A stretch of DNA of 64,000 nt from Azolla caroliniana. Lineage: Eukaryota; Plantae; Polypodiophyta. Below the pieces are notes generated by a model. It was not told the origin of the DNA. It did no database searches and saw only the letters and a program-made list of their open reading frames with translations. Positions 1 to 13,978 of the stretch are shown here, in pieces; within the stretch, counting starts at the first letter, position 1, and every line of letters starts with the position of its first letter. Position numbers and translations under genes: made by a program. The DNA lies in assembly GCA_043228905.1 (NCBI GenBank), contig JBHGNT010000003.1, positions 9,672,001 to 9,736,000 on the forward strand, read 5' to 3'.

Positions 1-262
1 TAATTGGAAAGCAATGTCTTTTATGGGGAAAAAAAATATGGACGAAAATTGAGAATGTTAAGAAAAAAATGCATCACATGCAATAGAAGATTGTTCACGG
101 GGCATGCTTTAACACTCATTTTACATGTTAATATCCATAAATGCATTTCTCTTTTCATATATCTTTGGTTGTTTCTTGATCATTAGCAAATTATAATGAT
201 TATTCGAATTAATTTTCTTGATTTTCTTGCTCGGGATTTTAGTGCCATTTGTATACCTCAAG

Positions 263-686
263 TAGCAATGGGCCCGATTTCAGCTCAAAACGAACCGAAC
301 CGTTAAACCATGGCTTAACGGTTTATCGGTTCAAAGATAAATAAACCATTTGGTTTGGTTTCAAATGTTATGATCCGGTTTGGTTTCGGTTCGGTTCGGT
401 TTTGAATTTCATGGTTTAGCGGTTTTTCGGTTTCGGTTTATGTGGTTTGGTTTAAAGGTTTATAGGTTTATAGGTTTAAAAATATTCTTAAATTTTCATC
501 TCTAGGCTGTAACTTTCAACTTTTAATTTTAAATCTCTAGGCTCTAACTTATTAAATTTATCTCTAAAAATGGTCTGGTTTGGTTTTAATTTATGATAAA
601 CTGGTTTGGTTTGGTTCTAAATTTTTCCTAAACGGTTTGGTTTGGTTTCAAGGCCAAGAAACCGAACCGAACCGGGCCCATTGCTA
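263..686. mobile_element. hAT-type MITE (probably intronic in the lipase gene)
   Basis: 14-bp TIR TAGCAATGGGCCCG / CGGGCCCATTGCTA; 8-bp TSD ACCTCAAG (255-262) / ACCTCAAC (687-694); many subterminal AACCG/CGGTT motifs. Confidence 0.85.
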
Positions 687-951
687 ACCTCAACCAAATT
701 CTTGTTCATATATTTTGAAAGTACAAAATAGTGAGCTACCAAGATTTGCTTGTAGCTCCACTATCGTATTGATTCATTACATTAGGCACAAAGTCATGTG
801 CCATCTACACTCAAGATTATGAAACATTGTTTAGAATGTCTATGGTTGATTTTACTACATTCATGAGTATGTATAATAATGTATTCATGTTCTTAAACTA
901 ATATTACATTTTGTGGTAAATGTATGTATATTGAACAAAATCTTATTACAG

Positions 952-1092
952 GGTGGAGATGTATGGGTTCTAAATGGACCATCTGAGGCTTTGGGATTTA
1001 TTCTAGCAGATGTTGGCTATGATGTTTGGATTGGCAATACTAGAACCACAAGATTTAGTTTTGGGCACTCATCCTACCAAAAGAATGATCAT
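952..1092 (+). CDS. Lipase exon (GGDVWVLNGPSEALGFILADVGYDVWIGNTR...NDH)
   Basis: CAG acceptor 949-951, GTATGT donor 1093; family motif. Confidence 0.9.
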
Positions 1093-4000
1093 GTATGTAT
1101 GCTTCTTCAAACTAACCTATGTGTTGCTTGAAAGTAACTACATATTGCCCTTCCATTTGTACATGCTTTTTTCATAACACACTGGATTAACTCATAGTAG
1201 TATGTATATTAAAACTGCTCAATTATGCACAAATTTTCAACATATGGGTAGGACACGATTGTGCATGTAGAGTGTATAGCCACTATAGCATTTGAGTTAG
1301 TGCATGTGTGTCCACATGTGTTGGGGCACACTACATATTCGATGTGTGGGAGGTGAAAACTCATTGTATTCCCCATCACATACACATGAGATGTGGACCT
1401 AGGTGGGTATAGTGCCAATAATGTTGAGAACGGGATAATACAAATCTTTTATGTTATAATGGCAGGAATATTGGGATTGGAGTTTAGATGAAATGGCCGA
1501 GCAAGATCTTCCTGCAATGCTTGGATTTGTTTACCAAAATACAAATACAAAAATAAATTATATTGGATATTCTCAGGTTAGAAACACTTTGCTTAAAATT
1601 GTATTTGTTAACATATGCAATTTCTTATTAGTGACTCATAGATCAATGTCATATAACTACTTTTAAGTCATAACCGTACTTTTTTATTAATCTCAAATTT
1701 GTATGTGGATAGGATTCCACGCTTCATAGTTGGGAATTTGTTTTTGGTTAACATGTCATAAGATTTATTATATGTCAAAGGAAACCAATGTCCAAGAATA
1801 TACATAAAAACGTATGCTCTACATAATCCACACAATGTTCTTGGGTGAACCTTAGAATCAAACTTAATCATTTAATTAATCACTTACATTCCACTTAAAG
1901 CCATAATAATATCCGTCCATAGATTCCTTCATTTTGCAAACTTAATCTAACTAATTACATAATCACGATGATTTAATCTATATAGCCTTCCAAAGGTGAT
2001 TCCTAGAGATATATCTAATGAACTACATCGACCCCTAACTTCCTTCACATGAAACTTCATCCTTATGGCTTTTCATATAGGATGGAATCATACAATTAGA
2101 TCATTATTTATTGAGGTTCACATATCGAAAATTTAATACTAATACTAAACTATTGATATTTTTTGTTCATCCTATTTCTCATGGCTTTCATATAGGATGG
2201 AATCATACAATTAGATCATTATTTATTGAGGTTCCACATATCGAAAATTTAATACTAATACTAATTTCACTATTGATATTCTTTGTTCATCCTAGTCCTA
2301 TGTCAAGCACCTTGGCAAACTTAAGTGGCAATACGTTTAGAATAGACAACCACACAAACCATCTGTTCTTAAGTTTGAACTAAGACCAACTTCAAGTCTT
2401 TGGAAGGCTAACTCATAATATCATAAGTTAGTTTTAACCATTTTCTCAGTCAAGCCCCCCACTATCGTCGAATGTGGAGCATGCATTTTCTCATGTTTCA
2501 TCATATTTTGCCCTTAGCTTATCAATCAGATTCATGACAAAAAACATCAAATGAGTATCTTGGTCTTTTGTGAACTTAGTGAGCTCATATATCCAAAGAG
2601 AAAATATCATTTCCTATCTCATACATCTAATCTTCCTTGTATCGACAATGTTTTGTAAAGGGTGTTCCACTTTCTGAAAGGTTTGAAGCACAACTTTTGA
2701 TTACTTGGAATTGGCCTTCAACGTTCTTATTTTCTTAGACATAAGTTGAATGACTTGACCTAGTAGCTAGTTTCTTTTCTATTCCACTTTGTTCCATCTT
2801 GGTCTCATCATTGTACATATGATTAATGGTGGGCTCCCTCTTCCACCAAGTTTGAATTCACCTCTATTCTTTTGGGATGATTACAAATCATCCATCTATG
2901 GATTGCATGGCAGGCAACAATTTGAGTTGAAAACAAATAGGCCATAGTGATTGATGTTGTTTCTTAGCCACATTTGAATTTCCAATTACTTCCTTTGTTC
3001 CTAGGTTATATGGAAAATCTTGAAATGTCAAAACTATTAACCGTTCCATTCCCAAATTTGTTTAACAAGTATTTGCAATTGATAGCTTTTTCGATCAAAA
3101 TCAATAGTCCTATTACAAATGTTCAACAAGCATGTTGCTGCATAACAATGCAAAACATAATAGAAAGAAACTTCATTGGTAGGGATTGAACTCCTCTATT
3201 CCTAGTGGAACAATACAAGGAAAAAACTTGATCTTCTATAAATAACATAGGTATGTAGTTATATGGGCCTCCATTAGGAGATACCTATAAAGCTCATGGT
3301 GTACCCCAAGTTATGGACAAGGCTATGGTTTGGAACTAAAACCTATTTAACTTTCTTTCATGAAAGGCTAATTGTTACCCAACCATCTTGGTGTTTATAG
3401 ATAGGGAATTATCTTTCATCATAATGGATTCTATGTGTTAATTCTGATAATTTCTATATGCCAACTTGGGTATTTTCACTTTCGAAATTCACAACTAATA
3501 CTAAACAATAACTATCTCATCTTCTTCCTAAGCATGTGGCTAACACATAGCCCAATGGAGCTCAACTATGAGGATCACTATAGTATCCTTTGTTTGAAAT
3601 TGACTTGGTAAACTAATAGTAAATAACTCTTATGTTTGCTATAAGGAAATCTACTTAATATCGTAAAATCAAAATCCAAAACGCAAACGCAAAGTAGAGA
3701 CCATTAAGAAACTATTTGAATGATAGTTGCATAGGTTATGTTACCTCACCATATACCGATATGGATTTATACAAATTTATTTATGAGTTCAAGGTATAAT
3801 AAAGTCCTTGCTTAAGATAAAAAATCAACTGTATGAATTATGGCAATAAACACCGCCTTTTACCCACAAAATGAAAATTGTGAGAATGGAGGCTTCTTAA
3901 TGTTTATATAGTGCCACAACTTTGAGTTTATGTAGGGAGCTCAACAAGCATTTGCAGCTTTCTCTCAAGGGCAACTATTATCCTTTGTTGACAAAGTAAT

Positions 4001-6952
4001 CATGCTTGCACCAGTTGCATATGTTGATCATGGAACAGCTCCAGTTGAAACGGGCCTTTTTGTGTTACACATAGATCAGGTACTTGTTAGTTGAAATAAG
4101 AAGAAAAAAATCATGTAATTCCATCTATAAGCTTGAATTATTGTAGTTCAAGTTTTTGTCAAGTATATATTTTCCTAATATAAAATGGGTAATTCGACTA
4201 ATGTGCTTCTTATTGTCATAACTTGTAGATTCTACAACTAGCAAACGTCCACGAATTCAACACTCAAACGTATACCATCTTCACACATGTATATACTTCC
4301 ATCATAAAAAATGAAGATAATTATAATGCATCATTTGTAATCCTCATCATATGTTTGAAAATCCTCCATTTTTTTAATCAATTCTTTCTTAATTTAGTTG
4401 GCTTCCTGAAGCTTCTATCCCCCCAAGTTATTAGTCTATGATTCCATTCATTATACATCGTAAGTGTGCATCAATTTTTTAATCCATCTTGTCATTGAAT
4501 AGGTCAAGTGGAGCTCAAATGGTAGAGCTTATATGTAGAAGAAGTGTGACTTGTTATCAGGAGTGGGTCTTCCTTTTTGCAGGTATGCACACAAACCAAT
4601 CTTGCCTAATTTAAATTATCTCATGAGGAACCATGACATCTACTCCTGTTGATTTCAAGTTTCATCCAAACAAGTAGGAAATCTTCTCTTATGGTTTTTG
4701 ACATCGATAAGTTAAGTTTTTTTAAGGTAACAATTGTTGTCTCAACATGAGTAAGAGGCATTTGTTGGATCAATATGAAACCCAAGGAACATCTGTCAAG
4801 AACTTGGCCCACCTAGCGCAACGTAAGTTTCTTTATTTTATTTTTGTTAATGAGAACAAACACTGTCAACTATAATTTAAATGTTTGACTAAAAAATGTC
4901 TTAAGATTTTGCTTACTTTTTATATCAATTACCATAGATAGAATTCTCATGTTTCTTTGTCACTACATCATCCATATTGTATGTACATGTTTCTTACAAG
5001 TTCGAGAGTGACATCCAACAATGCCATATAGCTAGAGAAAGAACTTTGAACCCATATGTTTGATTGTTGTATGGTGCCATCATACCTTGCCTAATCTTCA
5101 TATAGGGTTTTGACATTGCAAATTCCCACTCTATTTCCACCTTGTGTTATTTTTACATTGCATGTGATGTTATTTGTGTTTTTTATTCTAAATAATTGGG
5201 TTCTTAAGTTTTCTTGTTTTACTAGAATTCTATCACCCAACCATTTCTTGTGTGAAGACTACCTACATTATCATTAAAGGAGGTCCAATATTTTCCAATC
5301 CAAATTAATGAGATTTCTTCAATGCCTCTCACAATTTCACCAACATTTTCATCATCATCAATGAATTTCTTGTGGTAGCATTGAGGTGGACTTGTTTGGA
5401 GCTACTTCTTTTTCATAATCATTCTACTTGGCCATCGTAGTGTTAGACCCAACAAGCACAATAAGAACAATACATTTAAGACCCCAGGATGTTGGTCTAG
5501 CCTTGCATGCGAAGGATTTAATGAAATATTGATTTAAGGAAACAAAATTTTGTTCTAATGTTTTGAATTTCAAAGCCAATATTCTTCATTTTTATCCAAT
5601 ATTCTCCATTTGTCATCAAAGCCATCTAGCATTAGATATCTATAGGATAAAGACCCACCACATGCGATGATTGTTTACTCTTCTTCGACATACTCAACTT
5701 CTCTTGTTCTATCATCTTCTTTTTAACGAGCAACACCAATATATCACCCACAACCTCTTCTATACATTCATGTATGCATGTAAAAGTACAAAGTGAAGTC
5801 TCTTGCAAGGGTGGTTTATCCATCTATATCATTCCCATTGCCTACACGCATAAAATATGTGAGGAACCATTTATACCCACATAGTTAAGTAAATTTGAAT
5901 GTGATGCAAATAGTAGGGATTGGGTATATTGAACATTAAATATTTCATATATGTATGTATCGAGCACCATGCATCAAATATTATTGATATGCCCACTTTA
6001 AAGAAATTTCAGCAACACCATATATTTAGTTATTAAACTAAACGTGATCAACTACTCATTCTTAGCAAAAACTGGAAATAAGGCAAACATCACACACTAA
6101 GTACACTATGAAAAAACTTTGTATTTATACATAATGTAAGAGCATTTAAAGATTATTGCTTACTCCAAAATTATATACTCGCATAACATTCCTAAGTTTT
6201 AATATGTCATATCTAAATAAATTTATGTTTTTACATATTAAAGGATGTGAGTTAAGTTTCAAGGAATGGGATTTTTATAAAACGTCGTCATATTCTGAGT
6301 TTGAGATCATGCACATCAATTAATTGTAAAGTTTTGAAAAACACACTTTTTTTCTAAACCCAAGGATTCAAGAGACGAATAGGTATCGCTCTCTTGTTAA
6401 TGATTTCGATGAACACAAACCACTCTCTATAGATTTTGACTCTTTGTAAATATATAACTAACTCACAAATAGAGAGATTTTATTGTCATCCTCGGAGGTC
6501 AATTATGAACTCTCGAAAGAGGGAGAGAGACAGGGTGATTGCTACACTAAAGAAGTTCCATATATTGTTAACAACCCCTTTCATGTTCATTCTTTCTTGT
6601 TTAGTTTTTATAAAAAGAGTTTTTAAATTTGGCATTCTTTATTTGTCTAGAGGGAAGAACATCTACCTTTGCAAAGTATGATTATGGGCCATTTGGAAAT
6701 ATGAGGCGATATGGGACTATGTTACCACCAGTTTATGCACTTTCTAATATCCCAACAAAGAAAATGCTCCTAATAAATAGTGTTCATGATGCACTCGCCG
6801 ATCCCGTTGATGTGGGCAGATTAGTTTTTGAGTTAGGAAGTGATGTGAATGTTCGTACCAACCCCAATTTTGGACATCTTGATTTTATCCTCGCAGACTC
6901 TGCCAACACTCAAATTTACTCCCAGATTGTCACTTTCTTGGCTATGCCTTAA
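952..6952 (+). CDS. Acid/triacylglycerol lipase (alpha/beta hydrolase, plant LIP1/LIP2-like, lysosomal/gastric lipase family); 5' exons upstream of window
   Basis: GT-AG exons in consistent phase: 952-1092, 1466-1576, 3936-4079, 4229-4269, 4503-4582, 4727-4822, 6651-6952. Motifs LGFILADxGYDVWIGNTR, YWDWSLDE..DLPA, nucleophile GYSQ|G, LAPVAY, TSVKNLAHLAQ, FAKYDYG, catalytic D (HDALAD) and H (FGHLDF). Confidence 0.92.
1466..1576 (+). CDS. Lipase exon (EYWDWSLDEMAEQDLPAML...YIGYSQ), catalytic Ser
   Basis: CAG acceptor, GTTAG donor; GxSxG split by the intron. Confidence 0.9.
2058..2290. repeat. Tandem duplication (~118-bp unit x2) in lipase intron
   Basis: ATGGCTTTCATATAGGATGGAATCATACAATTAGATCATTATTTATTGAGGTT..CATATCGAAAATTTAATACTAATACTAA occurs twice. 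Confidence 0.75.
3936..4079 (+). CDS. Lipase exon (GAQQAFAAFSQG...MLAPVAY...HIDQ)
   Basis: TAG acceptor, GT donor at 4080; LAPVAY motif. Confidence 0.9.
4229..4269 (+). CDS. Lipase short exon (ILQLANVHEFNTQ)
   Basis: TAG acceptor, GT donor, phase fits the next exon. Confidence 0.75.
4503..4582 (+). CDS. Lipase exon (SSGAQMVELICRRSVTCYQEWVFLFAG)
   Basis: AG/GT boundaries; Cys pair typical of the family. Confidence 0.8.
4727..4822 (+). CDS. Lipase exon (NNCCLNMS...TSVKNLAHLAQ)
   Basis: AAG acceptor, GTAAG donor; family motif. Confidence 0.88.
6651..6952 (+). CDS. Lipase last exon with catalytic Asp and His
   Basis: TAG acceptor; FAKYDYG..N..YG..PP.Y.L, DALAD, GHLDF; stop overlaps AATAAA. 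Confidence 0.92.
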
Positions 6953-7243
6953 TAAATCCATCATGAGAGGAATGCAAGTTTGTCGATCTTCATAAAGTTG
7001 TAAACCACCTATATAAATTGAAAATTTCAAGGTATAATTTCTACGTTATATTTAACATTAACCAGTGTTTCAATATGTTACTTTCAAATATACTATTGAA
7101 ATAAACATATCTTTGCATTAATATTGACATATGTATATACAAAATCAATTATGAAGAAGTTTAATAGTTCATATGCACATACATATAACATCTATTTATT
7201 GTCAATTTTTTATATGCAATCAATTGCAGAATGAGGTAGTGTA

Positions 7244-7696
7244 TAACAATCGGCAACAGTTTAGTTTGGTCTGAGAGTGTCCAAACCGAACCGTTTAAAA
7301 TTTTGAAACTTGAACCACGAAACCGTTAAATCGAAATGTTTAAAAAAATCCAATCCATTAAAATCGTGGTTTTTTGGTTCAATTTCAGTTTTCAACTTAG
7401 CTCAAATTTAAAATTTAAAATTTTATAAATTTTATATTTCATTATTTAAAATTTTAAAATTTTAAAATTTTAAAGATTTTCTTAAAATGTCAGAATAAGG
7501 CTTGAAAATGAAAAGATTGTTTTTAAAAAACAATTTAATTTAAAAAAAAACAGTTAACCGTTTAAACCGTGGTTTCTAATTGTTGAAACTGAACCGAACC
7601 GTTTAAAAAACCCAGAACTTAAACCGAACATTTTAAATAGTTAAGCTATGGTTTCGCCATTTGGTTTGGTTCAAACCGAACCATTGCCGACTGTTA
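7244..7696. mobile_element. hAT-type MITE, TAACAATCGGCAA family copy 1
   Basis: TIR TAACAATCGGCAA / TTGCCGACTGTTA; perfect 8-bp TSD GTAGTGTA; AACCG subterminal repeats. Confidence 0.9.
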
Positions 7697-8861
7697 GTAG
7701 TGTACATGCATAAATACCTCATTGTGCATTGAGATAGTAAAAAAGAAATCAATGTATGCTTGTGGTGCATGACATGCACATGTTCTATTAATATTCTTCA
7801 CTATGGATAATATGTATGACACTTGTAGTATTGACAACTACTAGCTCTGTAATAATATACTTTATTAAGACACTAAGACATTGACTTTCAACTTGTGCTT
7901 GTAGTGTTAGGATGAATGCCAAGAATGACGATACATGCGTCATGTATACATGATAAACTTGAGGAATAGGATTATACATCACATAACTAGTAAACATTAG
8001 TAATTTGATTCCCAAGAATTATTGCAAATAAATCTACTGCCACTTGCGTTGTATATGTGATACTCTCATGCAAATGTGTAGTACTCTATATAACTAATAA
8101 CTAAAGTGATATATTTGAAAGAATGAACTAAGCACATTCATGGTTCCTATTGTGTTAAAGCCTAGACAAGACTAATGATTATTGAAGGTAGAAATGAAAT
8201 AAAACAATTGGGCACCTACATTCGAATAGAAGAAACTTCTTAATTGGTTAAAATTTTGTTTCTTCGTATTGAAGATAACAAAAAGTATACTATTGAAGTG
8301 TTAAGAAGGGCTATGGTGATGATATTTCTTGATGTTGAGGTACAAATACACACCACAAAACGTGTGCATTTTGCATGATGATCAATGTGCAGAATTGAGC
8401 CCTTTAGCTATTTATTTTCAATCATAGTACGTAAAATTCGTGTTCTTCTAGCATAACATTCGTTTTCCTACCTTGGAAAATGAATGCGAATGTTATTCAA
8501 ACATTCTTGTGTTTTTTTTTGTTTTTTTAAAATTTTTAAAATTTTTTGAAATGTTTTTTTAAAATTTTTTAGGCTGATTTAACTCATAATAAATAGTTAA
8601 TCCAAAAGTATGGTATTTATCATTCTTTGAGGGTGTTTTTCTTTCGTGAATGTTTCAATCATTCACGAACGCGAATGCACGTATGGTACGTATGGTTCAT
8701 ACTATGTAAATTTCAATAGCCTTTTTATTAGTATATGCATTTAGATTATGTTTGAGTTATTACTTTGTTATATTGAGAGCCTCGATGGATATACGTGATT
8801 TATACTTTGGTGGATACATGCTTTAACGCTGTTTAGAATGAAGCACTACAAAACAATGCTT

Positions 8862-11065
8862 CTTTTTTTCTTTTTTCTTTTTTTTTCCAAAAAAAACTCC
8901 TTCCATTAGTTATACAATTTTACAGATGCGATTAGTATATACAAATCCCTGTAGGGACACGATAGGTCCATCTTATGTGGATGCCCACCGACTCAATAAA
9001 GGGGGAGGACGACCATTGTTGGATGAAGGCTAGTCGTTGTCTTTCGACTCCATTGGAGTGACCCTTGAGGCCATCATATTGGCTCTTTAGAGTGGCTACC
9101 ACTTCACTCTATATCTCTTGCATTAACACTATTGGCTACACGGTTTGGTTGGAGAAGACCCGCCTACACCGTTGTTTCCATAGAATCCAAAGAGTTATTG
9201 GGCTGACCAATTCCAACACAACTTGAGATTTGACATTGATAGGAGTTGAGTGGACATTGTTGATGGTGGAGAAAAAAACCTCTTGTGCTTTTATAACCAA
9301 AGTCATCCCCTCTTCCTGATTCTCATATCTGTGAATTGGGGCCTGCCATGATAGCCAACATACATTCCCCCACTTGATTGAGCCTTGCCCCTAGCATAAT
9401 TGCAATAAGCGGCCAACCCCCCGCCATATTCGATGAGACTCTGGGCAGTCCCATAGAGTGTGTCGTATTGATTCTACTACAGTTGGACACGCTACACAAT
9501 TACGAGAGCTGAGGTTCCCACGCTGCCATGCACCAACCGGTAGTGACTTATGTATTAACAGCCATTGGAAAGTGGTGATTCGCCTCGCGTGTTGTTGTTT
9601 CCAGAGTTCCTGCCAAAACTTGGTGATAATTGTGTTAGGAACATGATGTGTTTTCCAGACCTTTGCAGCAGTCGGATCTCGAGCAGATTGAGTGGCTATA
9701 ATATGGTGACCCAATCTAGTTGTGAATTGAAAGAAAGGGATAGATTTGCTTCCTTGCCCCACGTAAGGATCACACCATGTCCATTGCAAAGGGTCCCAAT
9801 TGACCTTACGTATCCATGTGTTTTCATGAGTACATATGTGCCAATCTGGTTGTACTTTGATCAGATCAGTATCTACAATCCATTTATGCCCAGTATATGC
9901 TAGTACTCGAAATGCCTTACGCTATGTTGATGCCTCGTTGTCCTGCAGTTCAGAGCCTTCGATCCTGTCCGGTGTGTCCCTACATCTTGGGAGCAAAGAG
10001 CCCTCCTCGTAGCCTATCCATTTCTCCATTTTCATCCTTTGATGAGTAGCTTCCCTAATCAGTAGAGCGTTAATGATTTCAGATCTCATAGCCCATCCGC
10101 CCCTGATTCCATGGAGGATGTTGGCCTAGTCTTGTATTGGCAATGACATAAACCGTCTCCAACATTCTATACTTTTTCCCGGACCTTCCGACATATATCC
10201 CCATGACATCCCCTTACTTGATCCAATTAGTTGATTAGATTCATCCCTAATACATGGGTTCCAAAGGATACGTTGATTGAGCCAGGCAGGTTCAGAATTG
10301 GGTTGATCACACTGAGTCCTCGTCTAATGTCACACCACACCTTCCACACGAATGCACTAAACCTATCCTCCAGTTGGCGGGAGAAACTAGGTTTGAGATC
10401 CATCTAGTTTTGGGGGCCCAATTGGTCCCTTTTCGTGGCCTAAAGTAAGTGAAGTGTAACCGCAATAACATTTTCCAGTAGTCATTCCCTGGTTGGAGTC
10501 CTCGCACCACAAAATTGGCAAGTAGGGCTTTTGATTGTGAGAGGGGATGAATAAGACCCAATCCTCCTCTCGACTTAGGTGATGTGAGTATAGGCCGCAC
10601 CACCTTGGCCCCAATTGCATGATCTTCCTTACCAGACCAAATCTAGTTGCGTACTAGTCGTTGAATTTGGTGTATACTTTCCTTGGAGATTGTCCAACAT
10701 AATAGGTTGTACCATGTTGTCGTGAGTAATACCTGGTTTGCCACTATGATGCGCCTCGCTAGTGAGAGTTTTTTCGAACTCCAATGTATTAACTTTTGTC
10801 ATATGGAGCGAATAACTGGTGTAATCATAGTCTCCGGGGGTATGTTGAAACCAATTTGGAAACCCAAATATTTGGTGCTCTCACCTTGATTGATCCACTT
10901 GAAAGCAAGATCTGGGTGCCACGCATGATGTGCATCATGAGAGAGCCATATTGTACAGGATTTGTGCCAATTGATCATGGCATTCAATCGCTTGCAAAAT
11001 ATGTCTAGACCACTTTCTAGCTTTTGTAAATTTTCCAAGTCGCCTTGCAAGTAGACCGCAGTTGT
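8862..11065 (-). mobile_element. 5'-truncated L1/Tx1-like LINE (decayed ORF2 C-terminus, poly-A tail)
   Basis: Minus ORF pieces AVYLQG..INWHKS..KYLG, GGLGLIHPLSQSKALL, zf-RVT FWQELW..FQWLLIH..CVAC..ESIRHTLWDC; T-run ~8862-8886 is the poly-A; TSD not found. Confidence 0.85.
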
Positions 11066-12340
11066 AAAAGTCTCTGTAATGACCCATTTGTTTAGATCAA
11101 AGTAGTAGATTCGAAAAAACAATTGCAAGTTTAAGCCCAGTGTGTTGGCTTGAGAAAGTTTATAGCTTAGGATATCTTGGAAATTTTAATCTCTAGTTTT
11201 GTTTTGGTTGGATTATGTCAAAAATGGTTTGGTTTGGTTTGGTTTGGTTGTAAATTTTTTGTATGTCAATCCCAAATTTCTACAATCTACATGGATTCTT
11301 AGTCTGTGGATTAGAGTGTCCATAATCATATTTTTCATTATCACAAAGACCTTTGCTAACTCCCTCACATTTTAGTGTGATTCTTGTAGAGAAAGACTGC
11401 ATAAGTCAAGAATAGTAGAGCAACATGGAGGATGCTTCTCAACCCATCTAACAAATCTTTGTTTCTCACACAATATACCAAACAATAAACATCACAAATT
11501 ATGACTAATTTTGTGGAACACGGAGTATACATTACTTATTACAATTGGATTAAGACCTCAATAAATTCCATCTATATATTTCGCTCACATCGCCTCTATT
11601 TCTTTTTGCATGTTTTTGTAAAGGTGTCTTAGAGCTATCTTTCTTTTCATGTTGCACTCATTTTCTCTGTTTAGGGTTTTTCTAACTGGATCAACAACAT
11701 TAAATTGTTTAATTTAGGGTTTTCTACCATCTCTTCCTCCTTTTCATTGTCAATAGTCATCTTCATCTCGATTCTCTTTGTATGGATTTCTACGAGGTGT
11801 AATAATTCCTTTCACTACTTTCTTTTCTTGTTGGTTTCCTTTATTGTACTCATTTTCTCTGTTTAGGGCTTTTTAATTGGATTAGCAATATTAGATAGTT
11901 TAATTTAGGGTTTTCTGCTAGGTTTAGAGTATTTAGGGTTATTTGTTATTTCTAGCAACATGAAGATCATTTGAGATGCAAGAAATTGAATGTCCAACAC
12001 ATATGCATAATGTTGTAGCTAGAGGTTTTGTCCTAATTAGAAATTTACTAGTGTTTGTTTATTACCAATGCAATTATTGATCTTGGGGAATCCCGAGGGT
12101 TCAAATAAAAAATATTCAAAAATTTCAAATGTTTCATTAGTAATGTATATTCTAGATTTTATTCATTTCATGTGTAAAAACCAATTTAGCTTGAAGGATT
12201 TCTCGTCTTTATTAACATTATAAGAACTCATCTAATTATACCACTTATTATGACTTCCTTTTCTGCAATGGAGTTTTCTAATTCCTCATATAACATGAAG
12301 TTAAGTGTGAACACACATTTATTGAACTCTCTATCATCCC

Positions 12341-12829
12341 TAACAATCGGCAATGGTTCGGTTCGGTTCAAGACCTGAACCGAACCGAACCACAAGACCG
12401 TTAAACTGAAACTGTTTAAACCGAACCATTAGGTAAAAATCCAAACCATTTTACCATTAAACCGCTAAAACCATGGTTTCGTGGTTCGGTTTCGGTTTTC
12501 AACTTATGTAAAAATTCAATTCAAAATTTTTCATTATTTCAAATTTTAATTTTTCAAAATTTTAAAGAATTTTCCTAAAATGTGAGAATTAGGCTTAAAA
12601 ATGAATAGGTTGTTTAATAATATTTTAAAAAAACATCAAGCCGTTAAACTGTTTAAACTGTGGTTTTGAATCGTTAAAACCGAATTGAACTGAACCGTTC
12701 ACCCCCCAAACCGAACCAAACCAAAACTGAATCGTTTAAAAAAACCTAAACCTTAACCAAACCATTAAACCGTTAGGTCGCAGTTGTCGTGGTTCGATTT
12801 GGTTCAAACCGAACCGTTGCCGATTGTTA
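12341..12829. mobile_element. hAT-type MITE, TAACAATCGGCAA family copy 2
   Basis: TIR TAACAATCGGCAA / TTGCCGATTGTTA; perfect TSD ATCATCCC. Confidence 0.92.
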
Positions 12830-13439
12830 ATCATCCCCGAACTCAATAGCCTCATCTTCTACAAGAAACACATCCAAAGTCAATGCAAAGACACATCGAG
12901 GTTCATGGACAGACAATACATATCATAAAGGTGTGCCCTGTTGTTGATGCTCACGTTGCTCTACTACTTTGTCAAACAATACACCCACAAGTACTCTTAC
13001 AAAACGTCTATTAGCAAAACATCATATTACTAACACATCTCAATCACATAGTTCCAATATTATGAATCCGGTGTTTGTGAACCAATACCATTTAGATACA
13101 TCTAAGCTATTAATATCTATTGCATTGGCACCAAAGCATTCCCAACCTCAATATTGTCTTCTAACAGCCTCTTACTCATGATTTCATTGTGACTGTCTAT
13201 GCCTATCAACCACTCCTACACTGCCACCTTGAAACTCAGAGATGTTTTGAGTTGTAGTACAACCAACTCTATTATTGTTGCAAATTTCATTGATGGTATG
13301 ATTATTATAGATGATTGGAACCACATACAAGCAATGGAACAATGGTTTGTTTCTACCTATTAGAATCATTGGTGATTTAAGTGGGTCAAACTACCCACTC
13401 TCTCAAAAGCTTACCTTGCTTGCAAAGTGTTGGTAACAC

Positions 13440-13978
13440 ATTGTACCAAGTATTTGGATATAGATGTGGGATCAATGGAATCCAACTCAACTAAGGAAAA
13501 TCTTCAAGTGCAAGAAAAAGCCAAGTTCCTACCTTGTAGAATTGCCATCTTTCTCGATCCACGATATGTTACTCCATTAATTGTTTTAACTTGTTTCATG
13601 TGATGAGTTCCGTTTACATTTCTTCTTTACTACAACATTCTCTTTCATACATAATGTCTTTCACCTTCATTTTGTTCCAAAGTTCCAATGCTCAATAACT
13701 CAATTGAGTGGAATTTGGATATTGATTTGGTTCATAAAGTATTAGAAGAAAATTATGATCTAGATGATGTTCCAAACTCTACAATTGACAAAACATGTCA
13801 AAGAAATAACACATAACATGATGATTTTTTGGAAACCTTAGGTGTTAGTGAGCACTCCCATGAATCAATGTCTTCTTCTAAATAAGAAATTGAACAATTT
13901 ATGAGATTTCCTCGACCAAAAACTAATACAAATCCACTTCAACGGTGGTTCAACAACATGTTTGCTTCACAATTCTTT
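13440..13978 (+). pseudogene. hAT transposase C-terminal remnant
   Basis: IAIFLDPRY (~13541-13567) and EIEQFMRFPRPKTNTNPLQRWFNN (~13886-13957) resemble the hAT LDPR motif and dimerisation domain. Confidence 0.5.

Noticed and set aside
8423-8706. Possible MITE (CATAGTA...TACTATG)
   Set aside because: TIR only 7 bp and no convincing TSD
11650-11945. Interstitial telomere
   Set aside because: Only scattered TTTAGGG within a ~70-bp duplicated segment, not a tandem array
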